Shown piece after piece: positions 30,244 to 40,579 of a stretch of 64,000 nucleotides of DNA. The notes under the pieces were generated by a model that saw only the letters and a program-made list of their open reading frames with translations, was not told the DNA's origin and searched no databases. A program made the position numbers and the translations under genes. The stretch's first letter is position 1; every line of letters begins with the position of its first letter. This DNA comes from an uncultured Actinomycetota bacterium (GTDB lineage Bacteria > Actinomycetota > UBA4738 > HRBIN12): NCBI GenBank assembly GCA_963733635.1, contig CAVTEH010000004.1, positions 259,836-323,835 of the forward strand, given 5' to 3'.

Positions 30244-30735
30244 ATGGCAGGGCCACTGGTCGGCGTGATCATGGGTTCGAGGTCGGACTGGGACACCATG
30301 AAGCACGCCGCCGAGACGCTTGATGAGCTCGGGGTCGCGTTCGAGACCAAAGTGGTGTCGGCCCACCGCACGCCAGACCTGCTGTTCGAATACGCGGGCA
30401 GCGCCGCGGATCGCGGGCTCTGCGTGATCGTGGCGGGTGCGGGCGGCGCGGCCCACCTGCCGGGCATGGCCGCCGCCAAGACGCACCTCCCGGTCTTCGG
30501 GGTGCCGGTCGAATCCAAGTCGCTGAAAGGCATGGACTCGCTGTTGTCGATCGTGCAGATGCCCGCCGGCGTCCCGGTGGGCACGCTCGCGATCGGTCGC
30601 TCCGGCGCGATCAACGCGGCGTTGCTCGCCGCGGCGATCATCGCGCTGCAGGACGACGATGTTCGCGAACGGCTCACACACTTCCGCGCGTCGCAAACGC
30701 GCACGGTCCTCGAACATCCAGATCCCTCCGCGTGA
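30244..30735 (+). CDS. purE: 5-(carboxyamino)imidazole ribonucleotide mutase
   Basis: [11 protein letters not shown]...VSAHRTP...[24 protein letters not shown]. Confidence 0.9.
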   Translation: MAGPLVGVIMGSRSDWDTMKHAAETLDELGVAFETKVVSAHRTPDLLFEYAGSAADRGLCVIVAGAGGAAHLPGMAAAKTHLPVFGVPVESKSLKGMDSLLSIVQMPAGVPVGTLAIGRSGAINAALLAAAIIALQDDDVRERLTHFRASQTRTVLEHPDPSA

Positions 30736-30745
30736 GCGGTATCTC

Positions 30746-31885
30746 GTGAGACGCGTAGGGATCGTGGGAGGCGGTCAGCTCGGCCGCATGTTGGCGCTCG
30801 CCGGCTACCCGATGGGCATCCGTTGCATCACGCTCGACCCGTCGGCCTCCTCGCCTGCGGCACAGGTCGCGCCCTCCCTCGTCGGCGACTACGACGATCG
30901 GGTGTTGCTCGCCGAGCTCGCCGAGCGATCGGATGTGATCACCTACGAGTTCGAGAACGTGCCGGTCGAAGCGGCGCGGTTCGCTCAGACACTGTGCCCC
31001 GTCCTCCCACCGCCCGAGTCGTTGGAGGTCGCACAGGACCGGCTCGCCGAGAAGCGCATGTTCGAGCGCATGGGTTTGGACGTGCCCCCCTACGAGGCGG
31101 TCGATTCGCTTGAGGACCTGTCCGGGGCCTTGTCGCGCTTGGGCACGCCCGCGGTGCTGAAATCTCGCCGCCTCGGCTACGACGGCAAGGGGCAGACGGT
31201 GATCGGCGACCCAGCGCTCGCCGAGGAAGCATGGCGGGCGATCGGACAAGTGCCCGCCCTGCTCGAAGGATTCGTCGCCTTCGAACGAGAGCTCTCGATC
31301 GTGGCGGTCCGTGGCATCGACGGTGCTATGGGGGCGTATCCGCTGGTCGAGAACCACCACCGCGACGGCATCCTGCGGCTCACACTGGCTCCCGCGCCCG
31401 GCCTCGATCCCCGGCTCCAACGAGCCGCCGAGGACGTCGCCCGGTCGATCATGGACGCCCTCGGCCACGTCGGCGTGGCGGCCATCGAGCTGTTCCAATC
31501 TGGTGGTCGGCTGCTCGGGAACGAGATGGCGCCGCGCGTGCACAACAGCGGTCACTGGACCGACGTCGGGGCTCGGACCAGTCAGTTCGAAAGCCATCTG
31601 CGAGCGATCACGGATCTATCGCTCGGGCCGACCGATGCGATCGGTTTGAGTGCCATGGTGAACATGATCGGCTCGATGCCCGACGTGGCGGCCATCGCCG
31701 CCGTGCCCGGCGCGCACCTGCATGACTACGGCAAGGAACCGAGGCCGGGGCGGAAGCTCGGGCACGTGACCGTCTGCGCCGACGACGTCGCCACGCTCCA
31801 GGCCAGATCGTCGGCGGTCCAGGCGCTGGTCGACGCCGTCCATCCGAGCCCCGGGAGGGAGTCGAACCCCCGACCCGCTGGGTAG
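30746..31885 (+). CDS. purK: 5-(carboxyamino)imidazole ribonucleotide synthase
   Basis: VGIVGGGQLGRML, ATP-grasp core and NEMAPRVHNSGHWT. The last ~39 nt of the ORF run antisense through tRNA-Arg, so the true stop is uncertain. Confidence 0.85.
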   Translation: MRRVGIVGGGQLGRMLALAGYPMGIRCITLDPSASSPAAQVAPSLVGDYDDRVLLAELAERSDVITYEFENVPVEAARFAQTLCPVLPPPESLEVAQDRLAEKRMFERMGLDVPPYEAVDSLEDLSGALSRLGTPAVLKSRRLGYDGKGQTVIGDPALAEEAWRAIGQVPALLEGFVAFERELSIVAVRGIDGAMGAYPLVENHHRDGILRLTLAPAPGLDPRLQRAAEDVARSIMDALGHVGVAAIELFQSGGRLLGNEMAPRVHNSGHWTDVGARTSQFESHLRAITDLSLGPTDAIGLSAMVNMIGSMPDVAAIAAVPGAHLHDYGKEPRPGRKLGHVTVCADDVATLQARSSAVQALVDAVHPSPGRESNPRPAG

Positions 31886-31919
31886 AAACCAGCTGCTCTG
31901 TCCGCTGAGCTACCGGGGC
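31847..31919 (-). tRNA. tRNA-Arg (anticodon TCT)
   Basis: Reverse complement GCCCCGGTAGCTCAGCGGACAGAGCAGCTGGTTTCTACCCAGCGGGTCGGGGGTTCGACTCCCTCCCGGGGCT. Confidence 0.85.
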
Positions 31920-32032
31920 GTCACCGTCTCGATGGTAGAGCACGCCGAGCGGAAATCCCACGCAGCGGCGCCCGCCCCGCTATCGTCAAGCCGGCCGCCA
32001 GGGATACCGTGCGCGGCGAGGGGGGATCGATC

Positions 32033-32458
32033 ATGGGATGGCTCGCGCAGACGACCACCACCGACAGCGACTTCGCGTGGGGTCTGTGGATCTTCATCTA
32101 TCTCGGCTTCATCGTGATCTTCGCCATCGCGTCGTGGCAGATGTACGTGAAGGCCGGGTACGAGGGGTGGAAGGCACTGATCCCCTTCTACAACTGGTAC
32201 ATCCTGTTGAAGATCGTCGGAAGGCCGGGATGGTGGCTGATCCTCTACTTCATCCCGTTCGTCAACTTCGTCATCTGGATCATCGTCATGGTGGACCTGT
32301 CGAAGAGTTTCGGGCACGGCGTCGGCTTCGCGCTCGGACTGATCTTCCTCAGCTTCATCTTCATCTTGATCCTGGGATTCGGGTCGTCTCGATACCTCGG
32401 TCCGGCCGGGCCGGAAGGTGGCTCGATGACCTCGCCACCACCACCGATGCCTGCCTGA
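32033..32458 (+). CDS. DUF5684-like small membrane protein
   Basis: WQMYVKAGYEGWKALIPFYNWYILLKIVGRPGWWLILYFIPFVNF. 3-4 TM segments and a Pro-rich tail. Confidence 0.6.
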   Translation: MGWLAQTTTTDSDFAWGLWIFIYLGFIVIFAIASWQMYVKAGYEGWKALIPFYNWYILLKIVGRPGWWLILYFIPFVNFVIWIIVMVDLSKSFGHGVGFALGLIFLSFIFILILGFGSSRYLGPAGPEGGSMTSPPPPMPA

Positions 32459-32473
32459 TCTCGAGCCCCGCGC

Positions 32474-32502
32474 GGAGCGGGTGACGGGAATCGAGCCCCG
32501 CA
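32474..32502. repeat. degenerate copy of the 3' end of tRNA-Gly
   Basis: ggagcgggtgacgggaatcga (21 nt) is identical to 33349-33369 and then diverges (gccccgca vs acccgca). No 5' half is present. Confidence 0.7.
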
Positions 32503-32751
32503 GGTGCGCTCCCTACGCGGTGGGCGCTACTTTGCTGGGCTACTCGGCGACGACCCGACGTGCCCGCCCACGCCCGCCGACCTTGCGAGGGGCGTCCCGT
32601 GGCCTGACGGCTCACCGGTCGTCTGGTACCCGAGCCCGAGGTATCCCGACGAGTGGCCCGGCTAGCTGGCCCAGGGGATCCCGCGGGCCGCGATGTGTCC
32701 TGCGGCGTCCGGGGGTCGTACTGTCGAACCCGCTACCGAGGAGGACTTGTG

Positions 32752-33321
32752 ATGCGCAGCGTGACATATTCGATGGGCGTCTCGCTTGACGGCTACATCG
32801 TCGGGCCGGACGGCGGCTTCGACTGGCCGGGGTTCGACGAGGAGGTCTTTCGCTTTTGGATCGACGAGATCCGAGGGGTCGGCGTCCACCTGTTGGGACG
32901 ACGGCTGTACGAGACGATGCTGTACTGGGAGACCGCCGACCAGGATTCATCGCTCGACGACTCAAGCCGCGAGTGGGCCGCGCTCTGGAAGCCGCTCCCG
33001 AAGGTGGTGTTCTCCGCCACGCTGTCGGCGGTGCAGGGCCATGCTCGCCTGGCCTCCGTCGGCCTGGGGGAGGAGATCGAGCGGTTGCGAGCCGAGCCGG
33101 GGGAGGGCGACATCGCGATCGGCGGCGCGACGCTCGCAGCCGAGGCGGCCACGTTGGGTCTGATCGACGAGTACCAGGCTATGGTCTACCCGGTGCTGGT
33201 TGGCGGTGGCATTCCGTTCTTTCCCCAGCGCGAGCGCCGGGTGGATCTCGAACTCGTCGAGACCCGCACCTTCAGCTCGAGAGTTGTCTACCTCCGCTAC
33301 CGCGTGGCGCGCAAGCCCTGA
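32752..33321 (+). CDS. dihydrofolate-reductase-like (RibD C-terminal domain) family protein
   Basis: MGVSLDGYIVGPDGGFDW...LLGRRLYETM...IAIGGATLAAEAATLGLIDEYQAMVYPVLVGGG. RBS gaggagg. Confidence 0.75.
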   Translation: MRSVTYSMGVSLDGYIVGPDGGFDWPGFDEEVFRFWIDEIRGVGVHLLGRRLYETMLYWETADQDSSLDDSSREWAALWKPLPKVVFSATLSAVQGHARLASVGLGEEIERLRAEPGEGDIAIGGATLAAEAATLGLIDEYQAMVYPVLVGGGIPFFPQRERRVDLELVETRTFSSRVVYLRYRVARKP

Positions 33322-33347
33322 GCGCTGCGCGAACACGTCCTGACCCG

Positions 33348-33421
<74 letters not shown>

Positions 33422-33469
33422 ACGATGCGGACCCAGCCTACCGTGTGCGCCTGGCATACTCGCGCCCTT

Positions 33470-33745
33470 GCGGGTTCCCTTCCAGCTGCTCGACGTGTTC
33501 GCCGAGTCCCGTTCGCGGGCAACCAGCTCTGCTCGGTGCTCGATCCTCCCGACGGACCGGATACCGATGCCATGCGCATCGTGGCTCGCGAGATCGGAAT
33601 CTCCGAGATCACCTTCGTGACCGCGGTCCGGCCAGATGGTACGACTGCGAAGACCCCGCGACCGGGTCGGTGGCGGTGTTCACATCGTGGGCGAAGGCGC
33701 GTTCCGGCTGACGAGCGACGACGCGGGTCCGCTCCCGACTACTAG
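33470..33745 (+). pseudogene. PhzF-family isomerase remnant (internally deleted, frameshifted)
   Basis: N-terminal PFAGNQLCSVLDPPDG...AMRIVAREIGISEITFV, joined after a gap to a C-terminal-like GGVHIVGEGAFRL in another frame. About 200 aa are missing. Confidence 0.5.
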
Positions 33746-34152
33746 GAGACCTGACCGCACCCCACCATCGGCTCGCTGACCACGTCATCGGCGCCGGCTT
33801 CTACCTGGACGACCAGGTGCCAGCCCTTGCCGGCCGCCAGCTCATCGACGCCTTCGTACGCCGTCTCACCGTTACCGAACACCGCTGTGGTGTCTCCCGC
33901 GGGGATCACCTCGCACCGGACGAACGCGGGGGCGGTGCCGGTGTTGACGACGTCGTAGCGATAGCACACAGGGACGCCGGAGTTGAATGGGCATTCCATG
34001 GGCTGGGGCAGGCCTACAGTGAGCTCCGCGGTGCGGGCCGGCGCGTTGGTGGTGAGGAACAGCAGCGCCGCGGCGGTGATGAGACCGGCGACCAGGAGCA
34101 TCGCCAGCACGTTGTACGTGGTGTTGGTGCGCGTCGCAGCCGTGGATCCCAT
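33742..34152 (-). CDS. membrane-anchored hypothetical protein
   Basis: N-terminal TM segment (YNVLAMLLVAGLITAAALLFL) followed by a Cys-containing extracytoplasmic domain. Confidence 0.5.
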   Translation of the reverse strand: MGSTAATRTNTTYNVLAMLLVAGLITAAALLFLTTNAPARTAELTVGLPQPMECPFNSGVPVCYRYDVVNTGTAPAFVRCEVIPAGDTTAVFGNGETAYEGVDELAAGKGWHLVVQVEAGADDVVSEPMVGCGQVS

Positions 34153-34293
34153 GGCTCGTCACGCTAGTCGAGCCATGTCGCACAGCACAACGGGCGGAAG
34201 TCGCAAACCGTTGGGTGGTTTGCTTGCGTGAGGTTGCAGCCGCCAGGTATGGTTCCGCCTGCAGCGTAACGTACTTCGACCAGGAGGTTCCCC

Positions 34294-35070
34294 GTGACCG
34301 TGCTTGTCACCCGCCGTGCACTCATCATCGTTATCACTGTCGCATCGCTCGTGACTGGATCGTCCATGGAGGCGACGTCGGCTGCGCCTCGCGGTTGCGG
34401 GGTCAAGAACGTCACTCAGGACACATGGTTCGGCAGGAACTCCGGCCTGGCGCTCGCGAGGGCGATCGCCCAAGCGAACGATGGTGACCGTCTGAACGTG
34501 TTCGGGACCTGTGTCGGGGGCTACACCATCAGCAAGGACCTGACGATCGCGGGAAGCTCGAACAGGCGGAGGCCCACCACGCTGAGCGGTGGCGGGGTTG
34601 CACGGGTCCTGGCGGTCAACCCCGAGGCGGTCGTGACTTTCATCGACCTCACGGTGACCCGTGGCAGCTCGGACATCGGCGGTGGCGGGGGCATCGCGGT
34701 CTCCGAGGGCACCACCGTGACGCTTCGCCGCGTCAAGGTGCTGCGCAACGTCACGACTAACGCGGGAGGCGGCATCGTGAACGGCGGCGATCTGCGCCTG
34801 ATCAACTCGCGGGTGAGCCGGAACCACTCCGGCATCGACGGCGGCGGTATCTATAACTACGGCGAGGTCTCGCTGGAGAACGTCACCGTGTACGGGAACA
34901 CCGCCGATGGCGGTGGGGGAGGCCTGTTCAACGAGGGCACCGCGACCCTGAACCGCTCGCGGGTTCGTCACAATACGGCGGCCTCCGGCGGTGGCATCCT
35001 GAGTGTGAACACGCTGGTGATCACCAACTCGGACATCAGCGACAACACGCCCGACGACTGCGCCTGCTGA
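34294..35070 (+). CDS. secreted right-handed beta-helix repeat protein
   Basis: Signal-like N-terminus. Repeated GGGI/GGGL...N.G...L...V..N units such as NAGGGIVNGGDLRLINSRVSRNHSGIDGGGIYNYG. Confidence 0.65.
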   Translation: MTVLVTRRALIIVITVASLVTGSSMEATSAAPRGCGVKNVTQDTWFGRNSGLALARAIAQANDGDRLNVFGTCVGGYTISKDLTIAGSSNRRRPTTLSGGGVARVLAVNPEAVVTFIDLTVTRGSSDIGGGGGIAVSEGTTVTLRRVKVLRNVTTNAGGGIVNGGDLRLINSRVSRNHSGIDGGGIYNYGEVSLENVTVYGNTADGGGGGLFNEGTATLNRSRVRHNTAASGGGILSVNTLVITNSDISDNTPDDCAC

Positions 35071-35087
35071 TCGGAGGCCGGCCGGAC

Positions 35088-35204
35088 ATGCGACTCCACC
35101 GAGTGTTCCAGCGGCTACCGTTGTTCCTGCTGCTCATCGCGACGGTGCTGCTGCTGGTGGGTTGTCCGAGTGACGGAAGCGGGGGGAACGGCGGCGGGTA
35201 CTGA
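35088..35204 (+). CDS. small putative lipoprotein (38 aa, below the ORF-track cutoff)
   Basis: MRLHRVFQRLPLFLLLIATVLLLVGCPSDGSGGNGGGY* with lipobox LVGC. GGAGG sits 11 nt upstream of the ATG. Confidence 0.4.
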   Translation: MRLHRVFQRLPLFLLLIATVLLLVGCPSDGSGGNGGGY

Positions 35205-35289
35205 CCACCCGAAGGTCGGATGCGGACCCATGACAGAGTCCGGACCGGAGCGTCAGAAGAAGCTGGATACGCCCTAGAATCACCACTCA

Positions 35290-35363
35290 CGGGGCGTAGC
35301 GCAGCCTGGTAGCGCACCTGCTTTGGGAGCAGGAGGTCGCGGGTTCGAATCCCGCCGCCCCGA
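35290..35363 (+). tRNA. tRNA-Pro (anticodon TGG)
   Basis: CGGGGCGTAGCGCAGCCTGGTAGCGCACCTGCTTTGGGAGCAGGAGGTCGCGGGTTCGAATCCCGCCGCCCCGA. Confidence 0.9.
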
Positions 35364-35364
35364 C

Positions 35365-36174
35365 ATGAAGAACCCAACTCGTGACGCCCGACTCGGCGTG
35401 ATCTCGCTCGTTGTGGCTGTCGCGCTCGCGCTGGGAGCCTTCGGTGTCGCCCGGGCCGGGGCGCGCAATGGCGGCGCCGCTCCCCAGTTGCTGCCCGACA
35501 TCGTGATGCGTCCGATCACCGAGACTCGGATCGTGAAGAGGAAGGGCGTCAAGCTGCTCCGGTTCTCGAGCATCATCGGGAATCGCGGCAATGGGGTGGT
35601 CGAGCTGTTCCCCCGGGAGAACGACTGCGACGGCAACGGGAACTTCAACGATGATCGCTCCGCTGTCCAACGGACCTATCGAGACACGAACGGGAGCGGC
35701 GCCTACGAACAGGGCGTGGACCAAGCAGGACCCACCCGCTTCGCCGGGTGCTCGTTCTTCCACCCGCAGCACAACCACTGGCATTTCGAGGAGTTCGCCC
35801 GGTACACGTTGTCGAGGCCGATGTCGGGACAGGTGGTGGCTTCGGCGGAGAAGGTCTCGTTCTGCGTTCGGGACAGCATCCGGTTCGCGTCCGGGCTTCC
35901 GGGGTCACCGGGCATCCCTGCTTACGGCGAATGCTCGGATAGACTCGACGAGCGGCTTGTCCGTGGGATGGGCCGACTACTACGGCTACTACCTTCCAGG
36001 ACAGGAGCTGGACATCCGGGGCCTGCCCTGGCATCGGTTCTGCCTTCGGCCTGGTGAGCGATCCGGGGAACCGCGCTCGTGGAATCCAACGATGGCAACA
36101 ACGAGCGTTCGACCCTGATCCGCATCCGGAAGCAGCAGGTGACCGACCTCGGGCGGTCCTGTTCGTCGGTGTGA
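35365..36174 (+). CDS. secreted lysyl-oxidase-like domain protein (frame changes near 35940 and 36050)
   Basis: Signal peptide MKNPTRDARLGVISLVVAVALALGA. CSFFHPQHNHWHFEEF (His-rich copper-site-like) and GWADYYGYYLPGQELDI. C-terminus ...ESNDGNNERSTLIRIRKQQV. The ATG lies 1 nt after tRNA-Pro. Confidence 0.55.
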
Positions 36175-36179
36175 GGTCA

Positions 36180-37303
36180 GGTTCGGTTCGGGCCCTCGGC
36201 CGTAGGCGGTCATGACGTCGACCAGACGATCGTGCGGCAGGGCGTGGGCGGTAACGCCGTCGATGCCGGTCATCGTCTGGGCGCCGACCAGGGCGTTCAG
36301 GATGGCTTCCTCGGTGGCCTCGATCGTGGCCCAGAACAGTGGGCTGATGGCTGCGTCGGGCAGCATCGCGACGTCCAACGGCGCGCCTGGGGCTTCGTCC
36401 TTGTAGCTCGCGAGCCGGCCTCGAGGTTCGCCGTGGCGAACGCCAGGAAGAGATCGCCGCTGGAATGCTCACCCGCTCCGCCGACGCGCGCGATGCCAAG
36501 ACCGGCGCGCTGGGCGATGCGTTCGAGCTGGTGCGGCAGCACCGGTGCGTCGGTGGCTACGATCACGATGATGGAGCCCGCTTCCGCCTGGGCGAACGGG
36601 CTGGGGATCTCGTCCGTGTCGATCGCGAGACCGACCGGCACTCCATCGACCGTCAGACGTTCCCGGTGACCGTAGTTGGCCTGCACCAGCGCGCCCACGG
36701 TCCAACCACCGTCGGCCTCGGTCAGGCGTCGGGACGCGGTGCCGGTTCCTCCTTTGAACTCGTGACACACCATGCCCGTGCCTCCGCCCACGTTGCCCTC
36801 CGGCACAGGCCGGCCGATGCTGTTCGAAGGGCTTCGTCCAGGTGCTCGGGCCGGACGTGGAAGCCGTTGATGTCGTTGAGTCCGCCGTCCCAGGTCTCGC
36901 CGACGACGGGAAGGCTCCAGAACGCAATGCTGTCGTCACGGGCTGCCATGTCGGAGGCAACGATGGCGTCGCGCACGACCCCCACGCTGTGCGTGTTGGT
37001 GATGGCGATCGGTGTGGTGAGCTGGCCTGATTCGCGCACCCACTCCAAGCCCGTGAGCTCGCCGTTGCCGTTCAATCGGTGGCAGCCCGCGAACAACGGC
37101 TGCGTGCTGATGTCGGCGTGAGGCACGATCACGGTAACGCCGGTGCGCACCGGTCCGACGCCCACCTGCAGCGGGCCTTCACCGGAGATCAGCGTGGTGA
37201 CGCCGACCAGCACGCCGTCGACGTCGGTGATGGCGTTGACCGGGCCGGTCCTGAGTTGGCCAACGGTGAGTCCGAGGTCGCGGTAGCGGGTCATCGGCGG
37301 CAC
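36180..37303 (-). CDS. DmpA/BapA-type aminopeptidase (peptidase S58; frame changes near 36790 and 36370; 3' end uncertain)
   Basis: NAITDVDGVLVGVTT...NGNGELTG...GNVGGGTGMVCHEFKGGTGTASR...SIIVIVATDAP...SSGDLFLAFATAN. The ORF stays open to 35989, but a family-typical length ends near 36180. Confidence 0.65.
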
Positions 37304-37614
37304 AGCCTACCGGGCGACGCACGGACGCTCGCGGTCACTGCGGCGGCCACGATGACGACCACGAGCAGCGGCGCCTTCAGCACGATCGCGACGGCGGCGG
37401 CGAGCACACCAGGGAGGCGTGCGTCGACCACCAGCTCTCGGTCTCCGCCCAGCGTGCTGATCGCGACCAGAGCGGCAAGGACCGCGGGCGCCAAGAGCGT
37501 GATCACCGGCCGAGCGAGCGGGAAGGGGACGACCGCCCAGCAGGATGGGCCCGAGCCCTTGATGGCGATCGTGCCGAGACCCACCGAGGGCCACGACGTC
37601 CACGTGGCGTTCAT
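37291..37614 (-). CDS. azlD: AzlD-family branched-chain amino acid transport protein
   Basis: Small, very hydrophobic protein (GLGTIAIKGSGP...LAPAVLAALVA...AAAVAIVL) directly after the azlC-like gene. Confidence 0.6.
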   Translation of the reverse strand: MNATWTSWPSVGLGTIAIKGSGPSCWAVVPFPLARPVITLLAPAVLAALVAISTLGGDRELVVDARLPGVLAAAVAIVLKAPLLVVVIVAAAVTASVRASPGRLCRR

Positions 37615-38326
37615 CGGCCGCGTCTCTCGTGGGTGCGTGCCCATCCTGATCGTGGTCGCCGCGCTTGAGTCCGAGCAGACACGCGAGGGCGGCAGTGATG
37701 ATCGGCACTCCGGGCGGCACGAACGGGGTCAGTGCGAGCGCGATCGCCGCTCCCAGGAGGGCGGCTTCCTTGGCGAGGCGCGACGTGAGGCGTGGCACCA
37801 GGAGGGCCAGGAACAGCGCGGGGAACGCTGCGTCGAGACCCCAGCTGGAGCGGGGTCACCGAAGATGTCGCCGAAGAGGACCCCTGCGACGGTGCCCGCG
37901 ACCCAGGCCGCGTACAGCACGACGCCCGAGCCCAGCAGGACATGCGGATTGAAGCGACCGTCGCGCTCGGCGGCGACGGCCCAGGTCTCGTCGACCGTGA
38001 GCTGTGCGTGTAGGAACCGTGACCATGCGTTGCCGGTCAGGGAGGGGGCCACGCTGACCCCGATCGGGGCGTACCGCAGCGTTGAGCAGAAGCGCTGCTG
38101 TGACGGCGGAGATCACGCTGCCTCCGGCGCCCAGGACGGACGCCGAGGCGAACTGCGCCGAACCAGCGAATGTGGTCGACGACATCACGATGGGGGCGAG
38201 CGAGCCCATGTCCGGCGGCCCGTGCGAGCACGCCGAAGGACACGCCGAAACCGGCACGGCGATGGCAAGCGGGGCGACGGCTCGGACGCCGTCGCGGGGG
38301 GTACGTTCGCGGGCGGGCTCGCTCAT
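37611..38326 (-). CDS. azlC: AzlC-family transporter (several frame changes)
   Basis: MSEPARERTPRDGVRAVAPLAIAV..., FAGSAQFA..., VLYAAWVAGTVAGVLFG and FPALFLALLVPRL-like segments, scattered over three frames. Confidence 0.5.
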
Positions 38327-38502
38327 CGGGTGGAGTTCAATGCTACGGGCGCTCGGCGAGCCTCTCGTTCTGCACCTGCGAGGCTTCCTCGCCTCGCCGC
38401 GCACGCACTCGTCAACGGCTTCCGGGTTCCAACCTAGGACGCGATCGTGTACCTGTTGACGAGCGACCACGAGGGAAGGGCGGCCGGGTAGCCTTCCTCG
38501 CG

Positions 38503-38988
38503 ATGCCCACGCTTGCTCAGGTCGCCTCCACCGTTGTGGGCCTCCCGGCGTCAGAGGTGATCCAGATGCTCCGCGGTCTGCCGCCGGCGCCCGACTACTC
38601 GCTGATGGTCAAGCCGCTTCGGTACCGAGAACGCGCCCATCTGTCCGCCTGGACGGACTTCGACGAGCGGTCGATCACGCTGCAGATGCCTGAGCCGTTC
38701 TTCCCGTTCGGCGAGGTGGTCCCGTATGCCGCGAAACGTCGGCAGACCGCCCGCAAGGGGGGCCCGCCACGATTCATCTGGCTCACGGAGGGCGTGACGT
38801 TCCGGACGCCGCGCGAGGTCCTTCGCTTCCTGTATTGCCACGAGTGGATGCACTGGTACCTGCGCGAGGTGTTGGGTCGCAGGTCGGCCGCTGAGACGGC
38901 GTGCGACCGGTTCGCGCTGCGTAACTACCGTCGCCGCGAGGTCACGTCCGCGGACGCGGACGCGGCGCTGGTCCGCAATGCACGCTGA
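38503..38988 (+). CDS. hypothetical protein with HExxH motif (putative metal-dependent hydrolase)
   Basis: LYCHEWMHWYL contains HEWMH. No other family assignment is possible by eye. Confidence 0.35.
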   Translation: MPTLAQVASTVVGLPASEVIQMLRGLPPAPDYSLMVKPLRYRERAHLSAWTDFDERSITLQMPEPFFPFGEVVPYAAKRRQTARKGGPPRFIWLTEGVTFRTPREVLRFLYCHEWMHWYLREVLGRRSAAETACDRFALRNYRRREVTSADADAALVRNAR

Positions 38989-39051
38989 AGTGCAGGCGCG
39001 ATGAAGAGCGACCAGCTCGGTCACTTCCTCCCCGCGTGGGTCGTATGGGGG

Positions 39052-39777
39052 CTAACGACAACGTCCTAGGACGGAACCGTTAGGGCCACAACGACCCACG
39101 CGAGCAGCACGACCACGGTGGTGCCTACCGCGCGCGCCGATGGCGCTCTCCAGCAGCGTCGTGAAGTCTTCGACACGCTGCTGTTGCCGCTCGGGTTGTG
39201 CCCGTAGCCGATGGAACAGCCCTGGGTCGAGCTCTTCGCTCACCAGTGCGTCCTGCAGGGAGTTCGAGAGCCAGTCGACCATGGACACGAGCATCTCCAG
39301 GTCGACGTCGGTGCGCACCTCGCCGCGCTCCTGGCCCCATTCCACGAACTCGAGCGTGCCGTACGGATCCTCGCTGACCAGGTACCGGTTGATCTCACGT
39401 TTCAGTGCGAGCTCCGTGCCGTAGTTGCCGATCAGGATCACACGGTTGGGGACCCAGTCCTCCTTGATCAGGTGCTCCGTGCGGGCGAGCCAGAAGCGAA
39501 GGACCGCGAAGTACCCCTGTTCGCGCACCTCGTCTGGGGCATCGAGCCAGGCGGGCAACTGAGCCACCGATCGCTTGTACGCCTCGAAGAACAGCCCCGA
39601 CTTCGACCGGAAGTGCTGGAAGATCGACCCCTTCGCGATGCCGAGCTCGCGAGCGATGTCCTCGACCTTCGTGCCGTGATACCCGTGCTCGGCGAAGTGG
39701 CGCATCGAGGATTCCACGATGCTGTTGCGCTTGGCCTGCGTGCGGACGCTGCGCGGCGTTCCAGTGATGGTCGACAT
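39052..39777 (-). CDS. TetR/AcrR family transcriptional regulator
   Basis: RNSIVESSMRHFAEHGYHGTKVEDIARELGIAKGSIFQHFRSKSGLF. Divergent from the corrinoid operon. Confidence 0.85.
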   Translation of the reverse strand: MSTITGTPRSVRTQAKRNSIVESSMRHFAEHGYHGTKVEDIARELGIAKGSIFQHFRSKSGLFFEAYKRSVAQLPAWLDAPDEVREQGYFAVLRFWLARTEHLIKEDWVPNRVILIGNYGTELALKREINRYLVSEDPYGTLEFVEWGQERGEVRTDVDLEMLVSMVDWLSNSLQDALVSEELDPGLFHRLRAQPERQQQRVEDFTTLLESAIGARGRHHRGRAARVGRCGPNGSVLGRCR

Positions 39778-39802
39778 GGCGCAAGCCAAGCGTACGACAT
39801 GA

Positions 39803-39816
39803 GTGACTTCAGGTCA
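39803..39816. promoter_or_regulatory. operator-like palindrome GTGACTTCAGGTCA (site 1, tetR-proximal)
   Basis: Starts 26 nt upstream of the tetR start codon. Identical to 22240-22253. Confidence 0.5.
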
Positions 39817-39898
39817 TGCGGGTCGCCGATGGAACCCGTCTCCACCGGATGCTGATGACCTGCCATCATGAGGTTTCTGGGCGATGCTCGGACCTCCT

Positions 39899-39911
39899 TG
39901 ACCTTAAGTCA
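39899..39911. promoter_or_regulatory. operator-like palindrome TGACCTTAAGTCA (site 2, operon-proximal)
   Basis: Its reverse complement TGACTTAAGGTCA differs at 1 of 13 positions from site 1. It ends 14 nt before the corrinoid-protein ATG. Confidence 0.45.
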
Positions 39912-39924
39912 GCGAGCGCATGCC

Positions 39925-40579
39925 ATGGATGAGGACCTCGACGTACTGAAGCGGGCCTTGATCGCGGCCGACATGGACCTGGGCGTCGCCGCGGTGCAGC
40001 GATTGGTCGACAACGGGGCCGACCCCAAGTGGATCTTGGAGGAAGGCATGGCCGTGGCCATGTTCGACCTAGGCGAGATGTGGAAACGCGGCGAGGTGTT
40101 CCTGCCGGAGGTGGTCGCTTCCGCGGAGGTCTTCAAAGCGTGCAACGCGATCGTCGAGCCGGTGCTGCTGGCGCAGAAGGACCCCGATGCCGAAGCGAAC
40201 GCCCTGGTACTGCTGGCCACCGTGAAGGGCGACCTGCACGACCTGGGCAAGAACATGGTGGGCGCCATGCTGCGTACGAGCGGCTTCGACGTGCACGACA
40301 TGGGCAAGGACGTCAGCGCCGACCGGATCATCGAGGCCATCCACGAGATGAAACCCACGATCGTCGGCCTGTCCGCACTGCTCACGACGACGGTGCCCTA
40401 CCAGGAGACGGTCATCAAGAAGCTCGTGGCCGCGGGGCTCCGTGAAGAGGTCATCGTCATGGTGGGAGGCGCACCGGTGACCCCCGAATGGGCCGAGAAG
40501 ATCGGCGCCGACGGGTATCGCGAACAACGCACCCGAGGCAGTGGAGATCGCCAAGAAGCTGGTGGGAGCGGCCCAATGA
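39925..40579 (+). CDS. methyltransferase cognate corrinoid protein (B12-binding; frameshift near 40520)
   Basis: FLPEVVASAEVFKA (B12-binding_2) and VKGDLHDLGKN (DxHxxG), SALLTTT, VMVGGAP. C-terminus ANNAPEAVEIAKKLVGAAQ* is in another frame. Confidence 0.8.

Noticed and set aside
32474-32560. A second complete tRNA, pseudo-tRNA or tmRNA 3' domain
   Set aside because: Only the acceptor 3' strand and part of a T-arm are present. No matching 5' acceptor strand, D-arm or anticodon arm could be folded.
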